DNA of 60,103 bases from a virus (lineage: Duplodnaviria > Caudoviricetes): the IMG/VR virus record IMGVR_UViG_3300027573_000033, positions 1 to 60,103 of that record, one strand, 5' to 3'. The translations under genes were made by a program, and so were the position numbers. Of this stretch, positions 1 through 8,573 are shown in pieces. Below the pieces are notes generated by a model. The model made no database searches. It saw only the letters and a program-made list of their open reading frames with translations, and was not told the DNA's origin. Positions within the stretch are counted from its first letter, which is position 1; every line of letters starts with the position of its first letter.

Positions 1-127
1 GTGCCGGCGATGGCGTGGAATACCACCAAATTCCCGAACTCACCAGATAAAACATCTTCAGTCGTGTAGGTGCTACTGCGGTCGTCGACCACGCTCGACA
101 GCGTGTAGGACGCAGCGCCGTCCCATA
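1..127. repeat. Exact 127-bp repeat of 59130-59256 (assembly circularisation overlap)
   Basis: Base-by-base identity up to position 127/59256; first mismatch C128 vs T59257. 127 is a common assembler k-mer size. Confidence 0.9.
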
Positions 128-2447
128 CGACAGCACCAACGATTAGGTTCCCGCTTACCACGTTGCCCGGGAGCGTTACCGCGATATTAGGATCGCCGGT
201 AAAGCCTTCTTCGGATATTTCCGATTGCACGAATTCCGGTTGCGTGGCCTCATACAAGCGCGCCTCGACGCCCGCGCCTCCGGTCAATTGCTTGACGCGA
301 TAGCGGACAATGAAGCCTTCGTCGGTGCCGGGATCATCGTAGGTCGGCACGTCGTAGGTGTCGAGCAGGCCCGCGCTAGTGGCGATGACGTACTGTGCGT
401 CCGAAGGTGTCTCCTCGTTGACGCACAGGAAGTTCGGCCCGACGACAGTAGGCCCGGAGGCGCCTTGGGTGGGCGACCCGACGAGCGTCAGAGGGAACGC
501 CCCGACGAGGTCAGGCTCGGGCGAGTCGCTGCCCCCGATGGGCCAGTACGACACAGGGGTGCCCACGGACAGCGGGTTCGCGCCAGCGGCTAACGCTTCT
601 ACTTGTGCTTGCGATAGCGCTTCATTCCATACAGCCCAATGGGCGAGCCGACCGTCCATGTACTCGCTGCCGTCGACCCACCGCGCGAGGTTAACTAGCG
701 CAAGTCCTGATGGAACATTAACCGAATTTGTGCTTGTTCCGCTACTGGCCCATACACCATTCAAAATGGTGCGACGTGTTGTCGCGTTGGTTATGACTAT
801 CGCAACATGGAACCACACGCCCGTGCTTGCAGCATTCGACGTTGCAAAAGCATCCGCCCAAGTACCGCCAGAGCCAACTCCACCGTTAATTATTCCGCTA
901 TCGTTGAGCGCAATAAAATAAGACTCGGTCGGGGCTGTGTCCTCCGTGATTGCGAACAGCGTATCGAACGCACCGCTACCCGGCAGCGCATCCAGCCACA
1001 CCCACCCGGCGATGGTGACGGGATACGCCGTCAGCCCGAGCCCGGTCGACGCGGTCAGGTATTGACTGCTGCCGTTGAAGTCCCTCGACAGTAGTGCCGG
1101 TGAGCGCGTCCACGCCACGCTGCCGTCCGCTTCAGGACGCAGCAATATTCCACCAGAGAGCGGCAGGTCGACGGGCGGGCCGAACGCCCCGGCTGGCGGC
1201 GACGCGATTAGCGTCAGGTCATACGCGCCGACCTCGTCCGGTTCCGGTGATGCAAGACCGGATAGTGGCCAGTACGCGACCGGCGTGCCGACGTTCAGCG
1301 GGTTGTCCCCCGCCGCCAACGCTTCTATCTGTGCCTGCGATAGCGCGCTGTCCCAGATCGCAACATGCGCCGCCTGCCCGTCGGTGTAGTTGTAGTTGTC
1401 GTTGTAAAAGTCAAGTACACCTACAGCGAATACAGTAATATTACCAGGAACGATATTATCAGTTTGTACGCCAGCACTGGCCCACACACCATTAAGGATC
1501 ACGCGACGCGATGAAACACTGGTAGCAATTAACGCAATATGAAACCAAGCACTCGTCCCCACCGTGTTACTGGTAAAGGTACTCTCACCAGACGCTCCCT
1601 GCGTGTAAATACGAAGCGTTCCATTCGTCTGCAATTCCACGTTGTAGAAATGACCATCTACTCCCGATGACAACGCGCAGAGGGTCTGCTGCACCAGCGC
1701 ATCGATACGGAACCACCCACAGATCGTGAACGGCGATGCGCTGACCGGAGCACCACCAGTCTTGACCGCGTATTGACTCGACCCGTTGAAGTCGCGCGAC
1801 GTTTCGACGGCGGGGTTGCTGCCGCCCTGCGGTGGACTACCGCTGAGTGAGAAGTCATAGTTGTTCTTCTCGTCGGGCTCTGGCGATGCGGTGCCCGCCA
1901 GCGGTAAGTAGACGATCAGATCGTTGTTGGCAATCGCAAGCGGGTTGGCTCCGGCCGCGAGCGAATCGTTCTGCGCTTCAGTGAGCGCGATGTCCCACAG
2001 CGCCCAGTGGGCGACCAACCCCTCCATACGCGCCGACAGATTCGCCGTGCTGTCGCCGATGCGCATTTCGGTCGGCTGATTCAACGTGCGCGCCGATCCA
2101 GTGTACGTCCCCGAGTTTGCCCAGTCGCCGTTGAGCACCACGCGCCAGTTCGTACTGCTGGTCGCAATAACAGCGACGTGCGTCCACGCATCTATTGTGA
2201 AAGCGTTGCCTTGGTTCGCCGTCTCCGCCCACGCAGAGCCATTCCAGTGCCGCAGCCGGACATGCTCCGACGCTTGCAGTTCAATAGCCCACTGATCGTT
2301 GTTGGAAATCCACCAGCCACACGCGCTGTTCTGGTCGTTGTTCGCCGCGTTCATCCAGAAGCAGATGGAGAACGGGTAGGCGAGCGTCGGCAGCCCGCTG
2401 GTTTTCTCCAGATGGGCGGCGGTGCCTTCGGCAAACTGACGGCTCAT
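1..2447 (-). CDS. Virion adhesin with three tandem LamG/concanavalin-A-like domains (5' part; continues in frame at 59129-58616 on circularisation, about 986 aa)
   Basis: Not in the ORF track because it has no stop before base 1. Manual translation from ATG 2447 gives MSRQFAEGTAAHLEK..., with three repeats containing W.H[VI]A, R.[VI]L[ND]G.WA and AL.AG.NP...PL.G..SPEPD. The frame runs into the 127-bp overlap with 59130-59256. Confidence 0.85.
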   Translation of the reverse strand, partial: MSRQFAEGTAAHLEKTSGLPTLAYPFSICFWMNAANNDQNSACGWWISNNDQWAIELQASEHVRLRHWNGSAWAETANQGNAFTIDAWTHVAVIATSSTNWRVVLNGDWANSGTYTGSARTLNQPTEMRIGDSTANLSARMEGLVAHWALWDIALTEAQNDSLAAGANPLAIANNDLIVYLPLAGTASPEPDEKNNYDFSLSGSPPQGGSNPAVETSRDFNGSSQYAVKTGGAPVSASPFTICGWFRIDALVQQTLCALSSGVDGHFYNVELQTNGTLRIYTQGASGESTFTSNTVGTSAWFHIALIATSVSSRRVILNGVWASAGVQTDNIVPGNITVFAVGVLDFYNDNYNYTDGQAAHVAIWDSALSQAQIEALAAGDNPLNVGTPVAYWPLSGLASPEPDEVGAYDLTLIASPPAGAFGPPVDLPLSGGILLRPEADGSVAWTRSPALLSRDFNGSSQYLTASTGLGLTAYPVTIAGWVWLDALPGSGAFDTLFAITEDTAPTESYFIALNDSGIINGGVGSGGTWADAFATSNAASTGVWFHVAIVITNATTRRTILNGVWASSGTSTNSVNVPSGLALVNLARWVDGSEYMDGRLAHWAVWNEALSQAQVEALAAGANPLSVGTPVSYWPIGGSDSPEPDLVGAFPLTLVGSPTQGASGPTVVGPNFLCVNEETPSDAQYVIATSAGLLDTYDVPTYDDPGTDEGFIVRYRVKQLTGGAGVEARLYEATQPEFVQSEISEEGFTGDPNIAVTLPGNVVSGNLIVGAVVWDGAASYTLSSVVDDRSSTYTTEDVLSGEFGNLVVFHAIAG

Positions 2448-2491
2448 ACACTACTGCTCTTCGCAGTTCCTCGATCCGCCCTTGCACACGA

Positions 2492-2824
2492 TCACGGTGT
2501 CAGGGTCAGTCCAGATGGTGCGACCGGGGTAGCGGGCCTGCTGAACGCTAAAGGGACCGCATCCACGGACTCCAGCCGCCCCCATGTCGGATCGATCTTG
2601 ACCGCGCGCGCGGTGACGTTGTGCGCGCCGACCGACACGCCGTCCACGTTCCACTCGCAGCGCTTCGGCGTGCCGACCACCGGCAAGTCAGCCGTCCACG
2701 CGCCGCCGTCGAGACGGAACGTGCAGTGCGTGGTCGTTTGGTCTAGCAGGTCGCCGACGACGTTGACCGCATAGGCGGGTAGCGCGAGCAGCGCGAGGAC
2801 GACGAAAACGAACATGCGCAACAT
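2492..2824 (-). CDS. Small Ig/Fn3-like protein with Sec signal peptide
   Basis: MLRMFVFVVLALLALPAYA has an AxA cleavage motif; two Cys; G.H.VTARAV and P.APSGL Fn3-like strands. Confidence 0.65.
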   Translation of the reverse strand: MLRMFVFVVLALLALPAYAVNVVGDLLDQTTTHCTFRLDGGAWTADLPVVGTPKRCEWNVDGVSVGAHNVTARAVKIDPTWGRLESVDAVPLAFSRPATPVAPSGLTLTP

Positions 2825-2827
2825 GGT

Positions 2828-5434
2828 CTAGCTCCTTGTGTGACCGTGGACTTCCATCATGTAGTCGATGTCGGCGTGCACGCCCCACGGCGGCGGCGCG
2901 CCGTCGAAGCCCCAACCGTGATTGCCGCGCGTCAGGTGCAGGCCCTTGTCGCGCCACAGCTTCACGCCGTTGTTGTAGCGCGAGCCGTTGAGCACGGCGT
3001 CGCTGGGCACCACGCCCGACCAGCGCAGCAAGCCTTCTTGCGTGGTGCCGCTGAACATGCTGCCGTGGCCGAAGCCGATGGCGGTGCCGTAGCTCAGCGC
3101 AGCCTCGCCCGAGCAGATCGGCCCGCGTACCGACCGCGCCGGGTGCTTCTGGATGAAGTCGACGTGCTTGATGACGTTCTCGCCCGGCAGGAACAGCAGC
3201 GGCAGGCCGTAGTAGATGTTGCTCCAGGTCATCACGCCGATCATGCCGCGCGGGCCGAACGAGCCATCGCTCAGTGCGATCTTCACGTACCGCGAGTTGT
3301 CGTTGATCTGGTAGGGCGTCTGCAGCGCTACCGCGACGACCTCGGGGCCGAAGGTCACGCTGCCGGTGTTGATCGTTACCGTGCGCTTCTTGATGTTCTT
3401 GGCGCGGATCGACCCGTAGTACAACCACCCGTCCTGGTAGGCGATACCCTCGGGCGCCAGCGTGGCGAACTGCGCGACGATCGCCGCGCCATCGTCAAGC
3501 GACACGACGATCACGCGGTTGTTCCCGGTGTCGGTCACCGCCATGAAGCCTGACGCCTTCTCCACCTCGATGTTGTCGAACGGGCGATTCAGTCCGATGG
3601 CGAACTCCGTCACCACCGGAGGAGTCGCGTGCGACGTCGGGTTGAACTGCAACTTCAGCACGCGGTTGTTGGTCAGGTCAGGCAGGAACACCCGAATGCC
3701 CGCCGCCATGATCGTGCCGTCGCTGTCGGGCCAGCTCGCGTGCGGGTGCAGGTCCTTCTCGGCGGGGATCGTCGGGGCGTTGAGATCGCTGACGAACGCC
3801 CGCGAGTCCCAGCCGATGCCCCACATCCGGCATGCGCCGCGACGCTCGGGCGGTATCGCGTCCCAGTTGCCGACCAGCTCGGGCGCCGCCGGGTTGCCCG
3901 CTACATCGTAGCGGTACGGCGGCGGGTGCGGGTGGCGGAAGCCACACAGCGTGACCACCTTACCGTAGTCGGCGCTGCGGTACTTACCCAGCAGGATTTT
4001 GCCGAAGCGCCAGGTGTCGGTGAAGTACAGGTTGTCGACCGGGCCGTTGAACGGCGGGCTGTTGACGACGGCGGTGCCCCACTCGACGTGCATCAACCCG
4101 GTCAGCGTGCCGCGACCGCGCACGCCGTCGAGCAGCGGCCAGATGGGGACCTTCGCCTCGAAATCGTAGAAGTTGTAGTTCTGCGTGTTGAACGTCGACC
4201 AGATACCCTCGGCGCTCACCACCGGGCGGTGCGGATCGGTCGCGCGGTAGGGGGCGATCTCATCGCACACCAGCATGTCGCGCGAGATGGCGGGCACGCC
4301 GACGATGCTCTGCGTCACCACGTTCGGGTACTCGCGCATCGCCAGCGGCTTCTCGGTCGGCGCGTAGAGCGTCGGCACCCACGCGAACTGGATGTTCCAT
4401 GGACTGCCGGTCGGCTGGTGCATCAGCTCGTAGCTGGCGGTCACCGATGGCATCAGCGCGTGCGGCGGAGCCACCGCGCTCTTGAGGACGAAGACCGCCC
4501 ACCAGCAGCAGTCCCACCCGAAGGCGTCGCCGCCTACCACGTCGGCCTTGTACCAGCCTTCCTCGACCTGCGCCGCGTTGATGCTGAAGTACAGCTCCTT
4601 CTGCGCGGGATCGGTGGTCGCGTTGGCTTGGATCGCCAGCGTGCCGTCGGGTCGCTCCAAGCGCAGCGTCAGCGGCATGGCGGCGCCCCACAGCGGCGCT
4701 CCGCCGCCGCCTGCGAGGTCGCAGGAGAACACCCGCACGCGCAGCGCTCCCGCCGCGTCGGGCTTGACCACGGTGAGGAACTGCGCCCGGTTGTAACGAT
4801 CCGGGCTGGGCATGAACGACGCGACCATGATCAGGCGCGACATGCGCGTCAGCAGGCGCGTCTGCACCACCGGCAGCGTCGGCTCGGGGACGACGACGGG
4901 AACGACCGCGGTGACCTCGTCGGTGTCGCTGACGCCGACCGCGTTAGTCGCCACGACGACGAAGCGCGTGGTGGTGAAGATGTTCTCGGTCCACGGCAAC
5001 GTCACCACGCGGTTGTTGAGCGTGATCGTCGTCGCGTCGGTCACCGTCGCGCTGATACGTGTGGCGCCCCCGCCCGCGGGCAGCGGGTTGGGATCGCAGC
5101 GCAGGTCGGTGATGGTCGGCGCGGGAGGGGCCGCAGCCACATCGACCGACAGCGTCACGCTGGTCGTACCGCCCGGGCCCACCGCGCGCAACACCAACTG
5201 CGTGTCGACCGTCACGGTGAACGGCGGCGTCGGCAACGTGACCGGAGCATCGTTCAAGAACACCGCGTCGGCATACCGGACCGCGGCGTCAACCACCACC
5301 GGCCCACCGCCGTAGGGCAGCGCGCTCGGCGTCACCGTGGCGCTATTGATCTCGGGCGGCGGGTAGACCGACAGCGCCTGCGCGACCGCGAGCGAGGACT
5401 CGATGGCGGCGATGACATCGACCTTGTTGCTCAT
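2828..5434 (-). CDS. Large adhesin-like protein: two N-terminal Ig-like repeats plus an NHL-like beta-propeller (868 aa)
   Basis: Start reassigned to MSNKVDV (ATGA overlap with the upstream ORF). Repeated P..LP.GGG...[IV] Ig-like units; DLTNNRV and DTGNNRV propeller blades. Confidence 0.6.
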   Translation of the reverse strand: MSNKVDVIAAIESSLAVAQALSVYPPPEINSATVTPSALPYGGGPVVVDAAVRYADAVFLNDAPVTLPTPPFTVTVDTQLVLRAVGPGGTTSVTLSVDVAAAPPAPTITDLRCDPNPLPAGGGATRISATVTDATTITLNNRVVTLPWTENIFTTTRFVVVATNAVGVSDTDEVTAVVPVVVPEPTLPVVQTRLLTRMSRLIMVASFMPSPDRYNRAQFLTVVKPDAAGALRVRVFSCDLAGGGGAPLWGAAMPLTLRLERPDGTLAIQANATTDPAQKELYFSINAAQVEEGWYKADVVGGDAFGWDCCWWAVFVLKSAVAPPHALMPSVTASYELMHQPTGSPWNIQFAWVPTLYAPTEKPLAMREYPNVVTQSIVGVPAISRDMLVCDEIAPYRATDPHRPVVSAEGIWSTFNTQNYNFYDFEAKVPIWPLLDGVRGRGTLTGLMHVEWGTAVVNSPPFNGPVDNLYFTDTWRFGKILLGKYRSADYGKVVTLCGFRHPHPPPYRYDVAGNPAAPELVGNWDAIPPERRGACRMWGIGWDSRAFVSDLNAPTIPAEKDLHPHASWPDSDGTIMAAGIRVFLPDLTNNRVLKLQFNPTSHATPPVVTEFAIGLNRPFDNIEVEKASGFMAVTDTGNNRVIVVSLDDGAAIVAQFATLAPEGIAYQDGWLYYGSIRAKNIKKRTVTINTGSVTFGPEVVAVALQTPYQINDNSRYVKIALSDGSFGPRGMIGVMTWSNIYYGLPLLFLPGENVIKHVDFIQKHPARSVRGPICSGEAALSYGTAIGFGHGSMFSGTTQEGLLRWSGVVPSDAVLNGSRYNNGVKLWRDKGLHLTRGNHGWGFDGAPPPWGVHADIDYMMEVHGHTRS

Positions 5435-5565
5435 ACCCAGCCCCGCCACAGCGCGATCACGACCAGCATCACTGTGAAGAGCACCGCCCCCCACATCAGC
5501 ACGCCCGCACCCATGATCTGCTCCTGCGCGTGGAAGTCGTCGTCGTCGTAGTCGAGCTGGGTCAT
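5431..5565 (-). CDS. 44-aa single-TM membrane protein
   Basis: Manual translation MTQLDYDDDDFHAQEQIMGAGVLMWGAVLFTVMLVVIALWRGWV; translationally coupled to both neighbours. Confidence 0.6.
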   Translation of the reverse strand: MTQLDYDDDDFHAQEQIMGAGVLMWGAVLFTVMLVVIALWRGWV

Positions 5566-5771
5566 CACGTCCCTTTCAGCTTACGAATGCGGAGCGCCGC
5601 GTAGTACTTGCTCTCGAACACGACCGACTCGACCTCGCGAGCAGCCTCCTCCAGCGTCTCCCCGCGCACGAGGTCGCGTAGCAACTGAGCGAATATCTCC
5701 AGCGGCACGCCGCCGACGCAGTGACACTGCGCGCACGCCTTCTTCCAAAGCTCATCGACGCGCGAGGACAT
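5565..5771 (-). CDS. Hypothetical protein
   Basis: 68-aa ORF packed in the operon; ETLEEAAREVE...AALRIR helix. Confidence 0.55.
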   Translation of the reverse strand: MSSRVDELWKKACAQCHCVGGVPLEIFAQLLRDLVRGETLEEAAREVESVVFESKYYAALRIRKLKGT

Positions 5772-5772
5772 C

Positions 5773-6045
5773 TCACTTCATCGACGCGAGCACGCCCTGT
5801 AGGAACTCCTTGCCGCTGACCACGACCGTCGCGCCGGGAGCGAGCGCGTCCTGCGCGCCGTCCAACTTGCCAGCGACAGCGATCAGGTTACGACGGGTTT
5901 GCATCCTCCCGATCTGCGCGTTGAGCGCCCGGCGCTTCTCGCGGATGGCGTCGATCTGTGCGCCCAACTTCTGGTTCATCGCCACGCCCTCGGCGATCAT
6001 CTTGTCGAGTTCCGCCGCCTCGGCGACGAGCTTGTCTTCGGCCAT
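5773..6045 (-). CDS. Coiled-coil hypothetical protein
   Basis: 90 aa, AAGGA RBS, heptad-rich helix. Confidence 0.65.
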   Translation of the reverse strand: MAEDKLVAEAAELDKMIAEGVAMNQKLGAQIDAIREKRRALNAQIGRMQTRRNLIAVAGKLDGAQDALAPGATVVVSGKEFLQGVLASMK

Positions 6046-6055
6046 ATCGATTCCT

Positions 6056-6484
6056 TTAGTTCGCGATGCGCGTGGTGTCGGCGTTCGCCGTGAACGTGCC
6101 GTTGGTGGTGCTGACGTTGCCGCCGAAATCGTTGAGGAAGCACAACTCGTCGGCGGTCGACGCGCCCCCGCGCGACTTGTAAGTGACGCTGCCCGCGGCG
6201 GTGATGGTCGAGGACGACCACGTCGACACGCCCCACGTCAAATCCTGACGGTTGTTGCCCGTGTCGATGGCGGGGACCGTCGCGGTGAGGGCCGCGCCGC
6301 CGGTGGCGTAGTTGCCCGTCGCGGCGTGCTCGTTGGTCACGTCGCTGCGCTTGGCCCACGAATCCTTGAACGTCTCGATCGCTGGCACCGCAGTGACGAG
6401 CATCCGCTTGAACGTGTCGGTGTCGACGTCGATGTTGCCCTTGGCAAGATCGTTCCAGAAGCTATTGGGGATGCCGGAAGCCAT
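6056..6484 (-). CDS. Fibre 'bead' subunit (Gp80-like fibre protein)
   Basis: GGAG RBS; G.ID.DTDTFK.MLV...NE....GNY.TGG..L...W...TITA...Y...DEL....DFG pattern typical of small phage fibre subunits. Confidence 0.6.
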   Translation of the reverse strand: MASGIPNSFWNDLAKGNIDVDTDTFKRMLVTAVPAIETFKDSWAKRSDVTNEHAATGNYATGGAALTATVPAIDTGNNRQDLTWGVSTWSSSTITAAGSVTYKSRGGASTADELCFLNDFGGNVSTTNGTFTANADTTRIAN

Positions 6485-6500
6485 CTTCTACTCCTTCGAG

Positions 6501-7205
6501 TTACGATCCCCGAGCCTGGAGGCCCGCCTGGATCTTTTGGTTTGAGGACATCTTCGACGTGTCGAGACCGCCGACGACACGTGATCCGGGCGCCCCAGAC
6601 CCCTGACTGCCAGGGAACAGGTGTGGAGCGGATTTCTTCAGGTTGGCGACCCAGTCCAGTACGGGCATCGGGGTCATCCCGTCCTTGCCGTACACGACCG
6701 AACCGCGCTCGTCGTGAGGGGTGGCCACACCGTTCACCATCTTGAACGCCGCCTTAGCGCGCAGCAGGATGTCGTCGATGGCCGGACCCGTCACGCCCGA
6801 CTTGGCCGCCGCATCACGCACCACGTTGTCGACCAGGAGCACCTCGAGCTGGGAGCGAGCCGTGCCGAGCTCCGTGCTAAGGGTCTTGATCTGCCCCTCG
6901 AACTCGCCGCGCATCGTGGTGACCCGCTCCTCGAGGAGCTTGTCGACCTCGGCGTTCGACTTGCCGGTGAGCTTGCCCTTCGACTCCAAGTCGACCAGGG
7001 CGCGATACTTGTCCGGATCCACGTCCTTGAACCGCTCCAGCTGCTTGGAGAGCGTGATATTGTTCGAGCGGAACTCGTCGAGCTTCTCCTTCGCCACCAC
7101 GCCGTCCACCTGCAGGTAGAACGCGTTATCGGCAGAGTTCAGGGTGTACAGCGGCCGGAGGTTTTCGGTGACCGCATCGAGCTTTTCAACCTTAAACGGA
7201 AGCAT
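6501..7205 (-). CDS. Capsid scaffolding protein
   Basis: Follows the portal; coiled coil; C-terminal APHLF..SQGSGA and KIQAGL motifs. Confidence 0.8.
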   Translation of the reverse strand: MLPFKVEKLDAVTENLRPLYTLNSADNAFYLQVDGVVAKEKLDEFRSNNITLSKQLERFKDVDPDKYRALVDLESKGKLTGKSNAEVDKLLEERVTTMRGEFEGQIKTLSTELGTARSQLEVLLVDNVVRDAAAKSGVTGPAIDDILLRAKAAFKMVNGVATPHDERGSVVYGKDGMTPMPVLDWVANLKKSAPHLFPGSQGSGAPGSRVVGGLDTSKMSSNQKIQAGLQARGS

Positions 7206-7207
7206 TT

Positions 7208-8572
7208 TCAGACTCCTGGTGATTTATTGGACATCGCTTTCGCCTTCTGCGCCGCTATGGCCTCTGTCCGGGCCTTTTCAACCGATGCTATCTCCTCGTC
7301 GTCCTCGCGATCGACGGGGATTATGTCGCCGCGACGCATGTTGAACACCAGCGTCTCGGCGGAGATGCCGCCCTCGAGGTAGGACTTGACCAGGTCGACC
7401 AGGTCGTTCGCCGGCATCCTCGTCTCGAGGAACTCCTTGTTCAGGAGGATCGTGACCTCGTCGGGATCCTCGCCCCTCATCAGGGCGACGTTCCTGTACG
7501 CCTGCGTCAGGCCGGCCTCCGTGGCGCGAACGACCATCGCCAGGGACGCCGTCTCGGACGCGTACCTGAGCCTGACTGTGTCCGCGGCCTCGGAACCGCG
7601 CTTGGAGTTGTCCAGGAGCCTCGCCGAGAGGCTCGCCAGCTGCCCCTGTTTCTCCTGGAGGGCCTTCTCGAGCGACTGGAGCCCCTGACCCGTAAATTCG
7701 AGGTACTGGGCCCTAGCGTTCGAGTCGGGGAGGATCCAGGCTGTCTGACTGCCGACCCGGAGCTCCGATGTGGCCTCCGCTCCCGACACGACCGGCGTCG
7801 GGAGCGCCGTGAAGTGCCGGCCGTGCTCCAGGTCCGCCGATGTGCGATAGTGGGACAGGTTTATGTCCACGATATCGAGCATCGGCGCCTTGTGCATCTC
7901 GAAGCTCACACCGTAGGGCGTTATCGGCGTGAACGGGATCCAGTTCATCGGCCTGCCCTCGATGGTCGGGACCGTCGACGACAGGACGTTCCTCTTATCG
8001 TCGAAGACCGTGACCGAGTACAGCTCGCCGTTCAGGGACAGTTCGCGATACTGGGTGACCGCCACCTTCTCGTAGCGATCCTTGGGGTCCGGCACCAGGA
8101 CGGCCTCCCTCAGCACAACCATCGTCGGCGCCCCGAGCTGGTCCGTCTCCCAGTTAATGATCGACTCGGCGTTGTACGTCGTCAGGTACGGGTCACCGCC
8201 GTCTCTCGGCATGTCGGCCAGCACGCCGACCCTCGCCATCAGGAGGTTCTCGGATAGGGACTTCGCCAGGACCTCGTAGAACTGGATCCCGCTCTCGTCC
8301 TTGTAGTACCCGGACATCGAATCCGGCATCTTCACGATCGGGGATCGCACCATCGCCATGCCGACCAGCGCGGACACCGTCTTGTTAGTGATCGAGAAGA
8401 ACAGCGCCCGGTCCCGGTACGCGTTATACTCGTCCATCGTCTGCTTGGTCAGGGCCGGCAGGTACCTCACGCCCTTCGACTTCACGGCGTCCTGCCCGTC
8501 GTAGGCGTCGCGACACCGCTCCCACTTACTCACAAAATCCGTATAGTTCGGATGCAGGCTATCGATCGGCAT
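7208..8572 (-). CDS. Portal protein (DUF4055-like)
   Basis: 454 aa after terL; G.DAVK..G..YLP, Y.AY..RA.F, INLSHYRTSAD motifs. Confidence 0.85.
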   Translation of the reverse strand: MPIDSLHPNYTDFVSKWERCRDAYDGQDAVKSKGVRYLPALTKQTMDEYNAYRDRALFFSITNKTVSALVGMAMVRSPIVKMPDSMSGYYKDESGIQFYEVLAKSLSENLLMARVGVLADMPRDGGDPYLTTYNAESIINWETDQLGAPTMVVLREAVLVPDPKDRYEKVAVTQYRELSLNGELYSVTVFDDKRNVLSSTVPTIEGRPMNWIPFTPITPYGVSFEMHKAPMLDIVDINLSHYRTSADLEHGRHFTALPTPVVSGAEATSELRVGSQTAWILPDSNARAQYLEFTGQGLQSLEKALQEKQGQLASLSARLLDNSKRGSEAADTVRLRYASETASLAMVVRATEAGLTQAYRNVALMRGEDPDEVTILLNKEFLETRMPANDLVDLVKSYLEGGISAETLVFNMRRGDIIPVDREDDEEIASVEKARTEAIAAQKAKAMSNKSPGV

Positions 8573-8573
8573 G

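Noticed and set aside
1-127. Biological direct terminal repeat
   Set aside because: It falls mid-gene, is exactly a typical assembler k-mer long, and the second copy is not at the contig end.
3629-5551. Long plus-strand ORFs opposite structural genes (also 8649-9992, 55972-57738 and others)
   Set aside because: They are antisense shadows of GC-rich minus-strand genes, with Arg/Ala-rich low-information translations and no recognisable motifs.
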